The notes beneath the pieces are model-generated. The model did no database searches, was not told the DNA's origin, and saw only the letters and a program-made list of their open reading frames with translations. A stretch of 33,905 bases of DNA from an uncultured bacterium (GTDB lineage Bacteria; Hydrothermota; UBA3073): NCBI GenBank assembly GCA_964603075.1, contig CAZRTU010000001.1:1-33905 (forward strand), given 5' to 3'. Of the stretch, positions 1 to 7,687 are shown one piece after another. The position numbers and the translations under genes are program-made. Each line of letters opens with the position of its first letter. Positions within the stretch are counted from its first letter, which is position 1.

Positions 1-254
1 AGATGAGTGCGGATGGATACGAGAAGATAGGCAAGCTGGTGCTGGTGAGATAGTATCGTATGGCGACAGGAGGATATAAGTAGGGCAGACAGGCTTCACA
101 AGCTGTGCAAAAAATCCAGCTTCGGTAGGCGCAGGCTTTAGCCTGCGGATAATACTCGTTTTGCGCAACTTAAAAGTTGCGGCTACCATCGCGAAATTTG
201 AGTTTCTGCACTAACTGTTCGGCCTTGTTTTAATAGAGATTGTAATTACGTCTC

Positions 255-292
255 AAAGAGGGGGCTTTAAGCCCCCTCTTTATTGTGTTTTT
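255..292 (+). terminator. Rho-independent terminator-like hairpin
   Basis: Perfect 11-bp stem AAAGAGGGGGC / GCCCCCTCTTT (255-265 / 271-281) with loop TTTAA, followed by ATTGTGTTTTT. It is symmetric and could act in both directions. Confidence 0.6.
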
Positions 293-328
293 AGGGGCAA
301 AATGGGGTTCAGATGTGCCAAAAAGTGC

Positions 329-357
329 TTGACTTTTGGATATTTTTATGATATAAT
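329..357 (+). promoter_or_regulatory. Consensus sigma70-type promoter upstream of tRNA-Phe
   Basis: TTGACT (329-334), a 17-nt spacer, then TATAAT (352-357). It sits in a ~75-nt module that is nearly identical to the one at 1985-2058. Confidence 0.7.
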
Positions 358-540
358 TCAGTTTGCACAGCGAAAGAGACATATAGGACGCAGATAGGTA
401 GGAATGACCTAATAACCAATGACTGATGACCAAAGACCAGAGACCAAGGACTGAAGAAAGAAGGGAAAAAAGACGCCAAGACGAAATGACTATCAGTTAC
501 TGCTTAGTGCTTACTGCCAATTGCATAGTTTTCTTAATAA

Positions 541-560
541 CCCAATAAACCGAGCAAACT
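541..560 (+). repeat. Dispersed intergenic repeat word (20-mer, copy 1)
   Basis: CCCAATAAACCGAGCAAACT is identical to 6458-6477. Confidence 0.8.
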
Positions 561-614
561 CAACAAACCCAATAAACTGCGTAAACTAAGTAGACTCTAA
601 ATGTGTCCAATATT

Positions 615-687
615 GCCGAGGTAGCTCAGTCGGTAGAGCACTGGACTGAAAATCCAGGTGTCGACGGTTCGATTCCGCCCCTCGGCA
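615..687 (+). tRNA. tRNA-Phe (anticodon GAA)
   Basis: Cloverleaf read by eye. Acceptor GCCGAGG/CCTCGGC, D arm GCTC-AGTCGGTA-GAGC, anticodon stem CTGGA/TCCAG with loop CTGAAAA, T loop TTCGATT. One A-C mismatch in the T stem. No encoded CCA. Confidence 0.9.
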
Positions 688-854
688 TAAAGATTTTATA
701 GGCCGCTGAAAAAAGAGACTGGAGACCAAAGACTGGAGACAAGTGACTAACTACTAAACGACTCTAAACACATCAGCATTTAATAAATAATGGGAAGGTA
801 TCTTGCGGTCTCGATGCTGAATAATTACTTGGCTCTGCGCAAGGGAGGTACTAT

Positions 855-1592
855 ATGAAAAAAATTAAGTATCTGTTGGCACCTATAGTTTTAATTATAG
901 GAGCGCTTGTAGGATGTTACATAAATATAACAGCACCAGGGACCATCGAAGGTTCAGGGAATGTAGTTACGATAGAGAAATTTTTTGCCGATTTTAATAA
1001 AATCGATATAGCTAATGCATTTAAGGTTACTATCACCCGGGGTGATAGCTTCAGTATTGTAATTAGAATCGATGATAATATTGTAACCTACCTCAACGCT
1101 GTTAAGCTGGGAAATACATTCAAAATATATCTTGATAGCGGATATTCTTATCGGAATGTAACTCTGGAAGCAGATATTACACTCCCTGATCTGGAAGGAC
1201 TAAATCTAAGCGGAGCATCTCAGGCTACTATTCCGGGATTTGACTTCGACCATGCTTTCCATGCTGTATTATCAGGTGCCAGTATTGTTATAGCTACCAT
1301 GAACACGGGGAATGTAGATATAAGCTTATCTGGTGCAAGTCGCATTACCTTAGAAGGGTATGGTGAGGACCTGGGCATCAATGCAAGTGGTGCCAGCATG
1401 GTGGAATTAGGCGATTTCGAAGCTGTTGATGCGGATGTGGTTCTAAGCGGTGCGAGTTCGGCAACGATTAACATAAGTGGAACATTGAATGCGAACTTAA
1501 GTGGTGCATCGAGGCTCTACTACTACGGTAACCCGACGATGGAAAACATTGTTACCACTGGAAGCTCGACAATACAAAGATTGGGTCCTTAA
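855..1592 (+). CDS. DUF2807 / head-GIN-domain lipoprotein (putative adhesin-like beta-helix)
   Basis: SD AAGGGAGG lies upstream of the ATG. The signal peptide has lipobox LVGC. The N-terminal GSGNVVT...F..I......V.I..GD motif is typical of DUF2807. There are six ~22-aa repeats carrying (L/A)SGAS. Confidence 0.7.
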   Translation: MKKIKYLLAPIVLIIGALVGCYINITAPGTIEGSGNVVTIEKFFADFNKIDIANAFKVTITRGDSFSIVIRIDDNIVTYLNAVKLGNTFKIYLDSGYSYRNVTLEADITLPDLEGLNLSGASQATIPGFDFDHAFHAVLSGASIVIATMNTGNVDISLSGASRITLEGYGEDLGINASGASMVELGDFEAVDADVVLSGASSATINISGTLNANLSGASRLYYYGNPTMENIVTTGSSTIQRLGP

Positions 1593-1769
1593 ATATAAAG
1601 TGATCAGTTTATCCTATTTATTCGCTAATTCGAAAAAATGAATGACATTGGGCTACTTTTAGAAACTCCTATCCTGACAGAAAGATTCCCTGAAATACTC
1701 TCTCAACTAACACCTCTGATCTCCTTTGCACCTTGACTCTGATAGAAACTCAAATACTAGATTTTTTGG

Positions 1770-1807
1770 TTCGGGGTCGCTATATTTACCCCGAATTTTG
1801 CATTTTT
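1770..1807 (+). terminator. Possible intrinsic terminator
   Basis: Stem TTCGGGG / CCCCGAA (1770-1776 / 1789-1795) with a 12-nt loop, followed by TTTTGCATTTTT. It lies ~180 nt downstream of the DUF2807 stop codon. Confidence 0.45.
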
Positions 1808-1990
1808 AAGCCCGTAGCGAAGCAAGAAAGATTTAAGTAGTGTAAAAGATATATGAATGTCTGTTAATACTGTAAAAAGTGGTTCTATTGTTGAATTGGG
1901 TTTATAGCACCAAGATGCTTTGTTCTCAAGCCATCCTCTTTTAACTATCCTCACCATAAGATTCATAGAAGACCAAACATCAAAATATGC

Positions 1991-2019
1991 TTGACTTTTA
2001 TCTATTTTTATGATATAAT
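1991..2019 (+). promoter_or_regulatory. Consensus sigma70-type promoter upstream of tRNA-Thr
   Basis: TTGACT (1991-1996), a 17-nt spacer, then TATAAT (2014-2019). It is a paralogous copy of the 329-357 module. Confidence 0.7.
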
Positions 2020-2047
2020 TCAGTTTGAACAACGTAAAAGATATAGG

Positions 2048-2135
2048 ACGCAGATAAACGCAGATTTCACAGATTAGGATAAAACAAAAGAAGATTTTTC
2101 TTCAAAAATCAGCGTCCATCAGCGTAAATCTGTGT
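2048..2135 (+). repeat. Long imperfect inverted repeat built from 8-mer words at 10-nt spacing (tRNA-Thr leader)
   Basis: Forward words are ACGCAGAT at 2048 and 2058 and (T)CACAGAT at 2067. Inverted words are ATCAGCGT at 2108 and 2118 and ATCTGTGT at 2128. The outer words pair 8/8 (one G-U) and the middle words 7/8. Confidence 0.6.
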
Positions 2136-2143
2136 CAAAAAAT

Positions 2144-2216
2144 GCCGATGTAGCTCAGCTGGTAGAGCAGCGCATTCGTAATGCGCAGGTCAGCGGTTCG
2201 ATCCCGCTCATCGGCT
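2144..2216 (+). tRNA. tRNA-Thr (anticodon CGU)
   Basis: Acceptor GCCGATG/CATCGGC, D arm GCTC-AGCTGGTA-GAGC, anticodon stem GCGCA/TGCGC with loop TTCGTAA, T arm AGCGG-TTCGATC-CCGCT. Confidence 0.9.
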
Positions 2217-2280
2217 TACCTGAAGAGTCTATCCATACAGATAATTTTGATATTTGCTATTTGATTTTTGATATACTTTT

Positions 2281-3585
2281 ATGTCGGGTCTGATTTTTGG
2301 TGTCTCAGGTGTAAGAGGGATTGTCAATTCATCTTTCTTCTCACAAGACTCTCTTGCTATAGGTAATTCGTTTGGAAGTTTTATATCAGGAAATATAGTT
2401 TTAGGCAGAGATACCCGCAGAACCGGTGACTTAATAATAAACGCATTCATCAGTGGATTCCTATCTTCTGGACACTCTATCGTAAATCTTGGCATAGTAC
2501 CAACACCTACAGTCCTCCTTAACACATCTCTACTTGGAATGGATGGTGGTGCGGTTGTCACTGCATCCCACAACCCATACGAATGGAATGGGCTGAAGTT
2601 TAACGGCAGAGAAGGGACATTCCTTTCAGAAGATGATGTGGTAGAGCTTTATGATATCTATAATAAAGGGGACTTTCATGCGGTAGGATGGGACAAGGTG
2701 GGCGTATGTGAGCGTGATGAAGAGGGGGTAAGCAGGCATATAGATAGGATTCTCGGCCTGGTTGATGTAGGAAAGATAAGAGACAGGTGCTTCAGGGTAA
2801 TATTTGATGGATGCGGCGGTGCACTTTCCAATCCAGCCAAGAGGCTTCTTAAATCCCTGGGATGTGAGGTTAGACTAATTTATCCAGACAGAGACCCTGA
2901 GCCTCTCTCTTCGAATCTGAATGAGATTAGTGAAGCCTGCAAAAGCGGAGATTTTGATGTAGGGTTTGCCTCTGATCTGGATGGTGACAGAATAGCAGTC
3001 GTAACAGATGAGGGAAAAGTTCCCGGGGAAGAATATACCCTTCCCCTTGCTCTTTCACAGGTTCTAAAGAGCAAAAAAGGTAAGGTAGTTACCAATCTTT
3101 CGACCTCAAAGATGGTGGAGTACGTTGCTGGTGATAGTGTTGAGCGAACCAAGGTGGGGGAGACAAATGTGGTAAAGAGAATGAAGGATGTAGATGCTGT
3201 ATTCGGTGGCGAGGGTAATGGTGGCGTGATATGGCCGGATATGCACATGACAAGGGATGGGCTTTCTGCAATTTCGCTCATCCTCGAATATATGGTTTAC
3301 GAGAAGCAGACTATTTCTGAGCTCATTGGTAGGCTCCCCTCCCTTCATATTAAAAAGGAGAAGGTTGAGGAACCGGGCGAGGTTGACCTGGAGAGATTGG
3401 CAGAATATCTACCCGCGGGCAGGCTTAATTACGATGATGGTCTGAGGGTAGATTTTGAGGAAGGTTTCATCCACATTCGAAGATCAAACACAGAGCATAT
3501 TATAAGGATTATATGTGAGACCGATAAAGAAGAGACCTGCGACATACTAATTAAGAAGGCAAGGACGTTGCTTATAAAAGATTGA
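2281..3585 (+). CDS. glmM: Phosphohexomutase (phosphoglucosamine mutase / phosphomannomutase family)
   Basis: Active-site loop TASHNPYEWNGLKF, metal loop FASDLDGDRIAV, sugar loop GGEGNGG and phosphate loop RRSNTEHIIRI. It lies immediately upstream of glmS. The motifs look more PGM/PMM-like than canonical bacterial GlmM, so the substrate assignment rests on context. Confidence 0.65.
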   Translation: MSGLIFGVSGVRGIVNSSFFSQDSLAIGNSFGSFISGNIVLGRDTRRTGDLIINAFISGFLSSGHSIVNLGIVPTPTVLLNTSLLGMDGGAVVTASHNPYEWNGLKFNGREGTFLSEDDVVELYDIYNKGDFHAVGWDKVGVCERDEEGVSRHIDRILGLVDVGKIRDRCFRVIFDGCGGALSNPAKRLLKSLGCEVRLIYPDRDPEPLSSNLNEISEACKSGDFDVGFASDLDGDRIAVVTDEGKVPGEEYTLPLALSQVLKSKKGKVVTNLSTSKMVEYVAGDSVERTKVGETNVVKRMKDVDAVFGGEGNGGVIWPDMHMTRDGLSAISLILEYMVYEKQTISELIGRLPSLHIKKEKVEEPGEVDLERLAEYLPAGRLNYDDGLRVDFEEGFIHIRRSNTEHIIRIICETDKEETCDILIKKARTLLIKD

Positions 3586-3646
3586 CAAAGGTAAGGACGG
3601 TTTGTTATTTGATATTTGGTATTTGTGTATTTCTTATATTATTATC

Positions 3647-5470
3647 ATGTGTGGCATAGTAGGTTATATAGGAAAGAGAGATGCGATTCCAATTTTGATT
3701 GACGGGCTTAAGCAACTTGAATATCGAGGTTATGATTCGGCAGGAATCGCAGCGGTTGTAGACGGCAAGCTGATAGTGCAGAAGAAGGCTGGAAGGATAA
3801 GTGAACTTGAGAAGAGCCTCTCTGGAGAGAATATCCACTCCACTATTGGGATATCCCATACCAGATGGGCAACCCATGGTGAACCCACTGATGTCAACGC
3901 ACATCCCCATGTGGACTGCACGGGCGAAATTGCCGTTGTCCATAACGGTATAATAGAGAACTGCAATGCTCTAAGCGAGTTTCTAAAACAAAAAGGGCAT
4001 AAGCTACGTACAGATACCGACACAGAGGTGATTGCTCACCTTGTTGAAGAGTATTATAATGGAGACCTCCTGCAGGCTGTGAGATTTGCTCTCGCTAAGG
4101 TTGAAGGGACATATGGCATTGCGGTTTTGAACAAAAGGAAGAGAGAGATTGTCGTTGCGAGGAAGGGTTCTCCTCTGATAGTGGGTCAGGGGAAGGATGA
4201 ATATTTTGTTGCCTCAGATGTTTCTGCTATCATCCGGCATACGAGGGAAGTAGTCTATCTTAAAGATGGGGAACTGGCGAGTATTACCGACGAAGGGTTC
4301 TCGGTTACTAATCTAAAAGAAGACGAGATAATCCCCAAGATAAGTGAGGTAACCTGGAAACTTGATAAGATTGAGAAAGGTGATTTTCCTCATTACATGT
4401 TGAAGGAGATATTTGAACAACCTATTACATTGGGAAATGCAATGAGGGGAAGGTTGAATTTCGCTGAGGGCACTTCGAGACTTGACGGGCTTGACACCAA
4501 TCTGGAAACCCTGCACGAGGCAGAACGAATCATTCTTACGGCTTGTGGGACAGCCTGGCACGCCGGACTTGTGGGGGAGTATATGATAGAAAACTTGGCA
4601 GGAATACCATGCGAGGTTGAGTATGCCTCCGAATTCAGGTACAGAAGCCCAGTAATTGACGATAGATGCGTGGTATTCGCCATAAGTCAATCTGGTGAGA
4701 CAGCAGATACCCTGGCGGCAATAAAGGAGGCAAAGAGGAAGGGTGCCCTTGCACTGGGAATCTGTAACGTGGTGGGGAGCTCCATTGCAAGGGGTACGGA
4801 TGGTGGTGTATATATACATGCTGGCCCGGAAATTGGGGTTGCTTCTACTAAGGCGTTCACATCGCAGCTTGTGGTTCTTGCAATGGTTTCGCTCCTGCTG
4901 GGTAGGTTGAGATACCTTTCATATGAGGAGGGCAGGGAGATAGCCGAGGCAATCTCAATGCTTCCTTCCAAGATTGGCAAGGTTCTTAAACTTAACGATG
5001 ACATCAGGTGTATAGCAGAGAAATTTTATAACAGCCCCAACTTTCTATTTTTAGGAAGGAGTTATAACTATCCTGTCGCACTCGAGGGCGCACTCAAATT
5101 GAAGGAGATATCCTATATCCATGCAGAGGGATACCCTGCAGCAGAGATGAAGCATGGGCCTATAGCCCTTATAGACGACAAGATGCCCGTGGTATTTATA
5201 GCTACCAAAAGCATGGTCTATGACAAAGTTGTTTCAAACATTCAGGAGGTGAAATGCAGGAAAGGCATTGTTATTGCCGTGGTGTCTGAGGGAGACGAGG
5301 AGATTAAAAATTACGTAGACTATGCGGTTGAGATCCCACAAACCATGGACATTCTTTCACCAATTCTTACAGTTATACCGCTGCAGCTTCTCGCTTATCA
5401 TATAGCGGTAATTAGAGGCCTGGATGTTGATAAACCAAGGAATCTCGCAAAGAGCGTAACGGTGGAATAG
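3647..5470 (+). CDS. glmS: Glutamine--fructose-6-phosphate aminotransferase
   Basis: Starts MCGIVGY, giving the obligatory N-terminal Cys. There are two SIS domains, and the C-terminus reads KPRNLAKSVTVE. The TTG start at 3602 in the ORF track is rejected in favour of ATG 3647. Confidence 0.95.
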   Translation: MCGIVGYIGKRDAIPILIDGLKQLEYRGYDSAGIAAVVDGKLIVQKKAGRISELEKSLSGENIHSTIGISHTRWATHGEPTDVNAHPHVDCTGEIAVVHNGIIENCNALSEFLKQKGHKLRTDTDTEVIAHLVEEYYNGDLLQAVRFALAKVEGTYGIAVLNKRKREIVVARKGSPLIVGQGKDEYFVASDVSAIIRHTREVVYLKDGELASITDEGFSVTNLKEDEIIPKISEVTWKLDKIEKGDFPHYMLKEIFEQPITLGNAMRGRLNFAEGTSRLDGLDTNLETLHEAERIILTACGTAWHAGLVGEYMIENLAGIPCEVEYASEFRYRSPVIDDRCVVFAISQSGETADTLAAIKEAKRKGALALGICNVVGSSIARGTDGGVYIHAGPEIGVASTKAFTSQLVVLAMVSLLLGRLRYLSYEEGREIAEAISMLPSKIGKVLKLNDDIRCIAEKFYNSPNFLFLGRSYNYPVALEGALKLKEISYIHAEGYPAAEMKHGPIALIDDKMPVVFIATKSMVYDKVVSNIQEVKCRKGIVIAVVSEGDEEIKNYVDYAVEIPQTMDILSPILTVIPLQLLAYHIAVIRGLDVDKPRNLAKSVTVE

Positions 5471-5570
5471 TGAGTAGAATTACAAAAACCGAGTTCCTAA
5501 TTCCCAATAAAAGTCCAAAGGTCAAATGATTTGAGAACTCAGGAAATTGATGTCCATTGGATATTGTTAA

Positions 5571-6209
5571 TTGGAGAGTTGGTATTTTATTGTGCAATAC
5601 TTCCTAGCGATAACTATAGGATATATCTTCGGCTCTATTTCGTTCGGATACATCGCTGGCAAGATTACGGGAAGAGACATAAGAAAAGAGGGTTACCAAC
5701 GTATAGGCGCGTCCAATGTATATGAAACCCTTGGGTTTGTGCCTGCCGTAGTCGTCTTCTTTGCGGATTTTTTGAAAGGCATAGCCCCAATATTTATACT
5801 CACCAAACTCGGGTTTTTAGAGCCAGTAGCGAGTATTGCCGGTATTTCTGCCATAATAGGACATAACTTCCCGGTGTTCCTTGGGTTTAAGGGGGAGGGA
5901 AGGGGAGTCGCAACCTCGGGAGGTGTTCTATTTTATATCCTTCCCCTTGAGACGATGTGCGGGGTTGCAGTGCTGACATTCCTCACTATAGTACTCAAGA
6001 ATTCTGCCCTGCCTACGTTCATTTTCATCTGTATGATGCCTGTTCTGACGCTCATCTTTCCGGAGCCAATATGGACATTTGGTATTTCACTCTCGATTTC
6101 TGCTCTCCTGCTTGCCACCAGGCTTTTAGGAGGATTGAGTCAGATCAGGGGGAGAGCAGTTGACGGGAAGACAGTCTTCAGGTTAATCTTATTTGACAGT
6201 CTGCAATAG
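5571..6209 (+). CDS. plsY: Glycerol-3-phosphate acyltransferase PlsY
   Basis: A multi-pass membrane protein with PlsY-like motifs: IGASN..ETLG, FADFLKG and GHNFPVFLGFKGGxGVAT-like (GHNFPVFLGFKGEGRGVATSGG). The start is uncertain, either TTG 5571 or in-frame GTG 5592. Confidence 0.8.
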   Translation: MESWYFIVQYFLAITIGYIFGSISFGYIAGKITGRDIRKEGYQRIGASNVYETLGFVPAVVVFFADFLKGIAPIFILTKLGFLEPVASIAGISAIIGHNFPVFLGFKGEGRGVATSGGVLFYILPLETMCGVAVLTFLTIVLKNSALPTFIFICMMPVLTLIFPEPIWTFGISLSISALLLATRLLGGLSQIRGRAVDGKTVFRLILFDSLQ

Positions 6210-6457
6210 TTCATTAGGCGATTATACAATTTTGAGATCAGGGATTATATATAGGACGCTGATTAACGCAGATTCTCACAGATTGAAGAGAAACTAGGCA
6301 CTAAGCACTTCCAAAGGATAAAAAAAGACTTAAGACTAGAGACCGAAGACCTACTGACTCATACTATGGACTAGGCACTATGCACTACGGACTACAAGGA
6401 TAAAGGAAATGACTAAGCGACTCGAAGACACAGCGACCCAATGACCGTCTTTATTGA

Positions 6458-6477
6458 CCCAATAAACCGAGCAAACT
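6458..6477 (+). repeat. Dispersed intergenic repeat word (20-mer, copy 2)
   Basis: CCCAATAAACCGAGCAAACT is identical to 541-560. It lies in the 370-nt recA upstream region. Confidence 0.8.
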
Positions 6478-6580
6478 AAGTTGAACCAATGACTACTCTT
6501 CCGCCTAAGGAACATAGTGTTTACTGCTGTTGGTTAGCGCCTTATCTTGGCATCAAAAAATTTTAAATTAGGAGGACATT

Positions 6581-7624
6581 ATGGATGATGAAAGAAAAAA
6601 GAGCTTAGAACATGCCATTCAACACATAGAGAAGGCATTTGGAAAGGGCAGTATAATGAGACTTGGAGAGAAAGAAGTCAGATGGGAGGAGGATGCAATA
6701 TCAACCGGTTCAATCTCTCTTGACCTTGCTCTGGGTATAGGAGGCATACCAAGGGGCAGGGTAATGGAGGTATTCGGGCCTGAGGGATCTGGCAAGACCA
6801 CTCTCGCCCTCCATATGATTGCCGAGGCACAGAAAAAGGGAGGCATTGCGGCATTCATCGATGCAGAGCATGCCATGGATCCAATCTACGCAAGAAGGGT
6901 TGGTGTTGACGTGGACAACCTCCTGATATCCCAGCCTGATACCGGAGAGCAGGCGCTTGAGATTGCCGAGACACTTGCCAGAAGTGGGGCAACCGATATA
7001 ATAGTTGTGGACTCGGTTGCAGCACTTGTACCAAGGGCTGAGATAGAGGGTGAAATGGGAGATGCCCATGTGGGATTACAGGCAAGACTTATGTCACAGG
7101 CTTTAAGAAAATTGACCTCTGTTTTATCCAAGTCAAAGACCACAGCCGTTTTCATCAACCAGCAGAGGATGAAGATAGGTGTAATGTTCGGTAATCCAAT
7201 GACTACACCGGGAGGGCTTGCATTAAAGTTTCATGCGTCTGTAAGACTTGAGATAAGGCGGGTCTCTACTATCAAGAAAGGGGATCAGAAAATAGGAAAC
7301 CACCTTCTGGTAAGGGTGGTAAAGAATAAACTTGCACCTCCTTTTCGTGATGCTGAGTTCGATATAATTTTCGGCGAGGGTATTTCAAGAGAAGGAGAAC
7401 TGATTGACCTGGGCATAAAGCACGGTATTGTAACCAAATCAGGAACGTGGTTTTCCTATGGCAACGATAGACTGGGTCAGGGAAGAGAGAATTCGGTTGA
7501 GTATCTCGCATCGAACGAGGAGCTCAGAGAGGAGATAGAGAGTAAGGTAAAGGCGGAGGTAGGTCTAAAAAAGGGCGAGCAGCCATCTAAGAAGAGTAAA
7601 GAGGATTCCTCTAATGACAAATAG
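6581..7624 (+). CDS. recA: Recombinase RecA
   Basis: SD AGGAGG at 6570-6575. Walker [14 protein letters not shown]. Full-length RecA similarity is evident by eye ([38 protein letters not shown]). Confidence 0.97.
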   Translation: MDDERKKSLEHAIQHIEKAFGKGSIMRLGEKEVRWEEDAISTGSISLDLALGIGGIPRGRVMEVFGPEGSGKTTLALHMIAEAQKKGGIAAFIDAEHAMDPIYARRVGVDVDNLLISQPDTGEQALEIAETLARSGATDIIVVDSVAALVPRAEIEGEMGDAHVGLQARLMSQALRKLTSVLSKSKTTAVFINQQRMKIGVMFGNPMTTPGGLALKFHASVRLEIRRVSTIKKGDQKIGNHLLVRVVKNKLAPPFRDAEFDIIFGEGISREGELIDLGIKHGIVTKSGTWFSYGNDRLGQGRENSVEYLASNEELREEIESKVKAEVGLKKGEQPSKKSKEDSSNDK

Positions 7625-7687
7625 TGGAAGAGGTCGTGTATTTGGGACTAAGAAATTTCTGTATTCATCGAGTTTTCTGTCCTTTTT

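Noticed and set aside
1-79. 3' end of a + strand CDS entering from the left edge
   Set aside because: Two frames are open, ending at TAG 51-53 or TAA ~77-79. Fewer than 26 codons are visible, so no product or frame can be supported.
230-433. 67-aa minus-strand ORF, and the similar 91-aa ORF at 1757-2032, sharing the peptide KLNYIIKI.KSQA
   Set aside because: Both lie antisense across the duplicated promoter module. The shared peptide is simply the translation of that repeated DNA. There is no SD and no recognisable protein features.
385-614. CRISPR array or tandem repeat in the repeat-rich intergenic regions
   Set aside because: The words are 8-20 nt long, irregularly spaced and reshuffled. 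There is no constant repeat/spacer periodicity, and no cas genes occur in the window.
3602-3646. N-terminal extensions in the ORF track: glmS TTG 3602, ugd 9494, tlpA-like 13676, Omp28-like 17061, Rrf2 18222, propeller GTG 19811, HTH GTG 22411, DUF58 TTG 22571, rplC GTG 28922, rplD 29594, rpsS 31360
   Set aside because: In each case an internal ATG gives the canonical family N-terminus, is preceded by a Shine-Dalgarno sequence, or both. Some of the extensions overlap a consensus promoter.
3586-3646. Possible glmS ribozyme upstream of glmS
   Set aside because: Only 61 nt of AT-rich spacer is available. This is too short and lacks the conserved ribozyme core.
2229-5004. Multiple antisense or alternative-frame ORFs nested in the glmM-like gene and glmS (e.g. 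2229-2573, 2880-3281, 3106-3348, 3605-3943, 4313-4819, 4687-5004)
   Set aside because: They lie entirely within strongly supported conserved genes on the other strand or frame. Their sequences are low-complexity, Ser/Pro/Leu/Arg-rich and typical of antisense reading. They lack start contexts.
5531-5725. 64-aa ORF overlapping the plsY start in another frame, and 5957-6163 inside plsY
   Set aside because: The overlapping frame of a membrane-protein gene with clear PlsY motifs is preferred. No support for a second gene.
6619-7511. Antisense ORFs inside recA (6619-6876, 6710-7069, 6855-7085, 6886-7158, 7272-7511)
   Set aside because: Shadow ORFs of a highly conserved gene.
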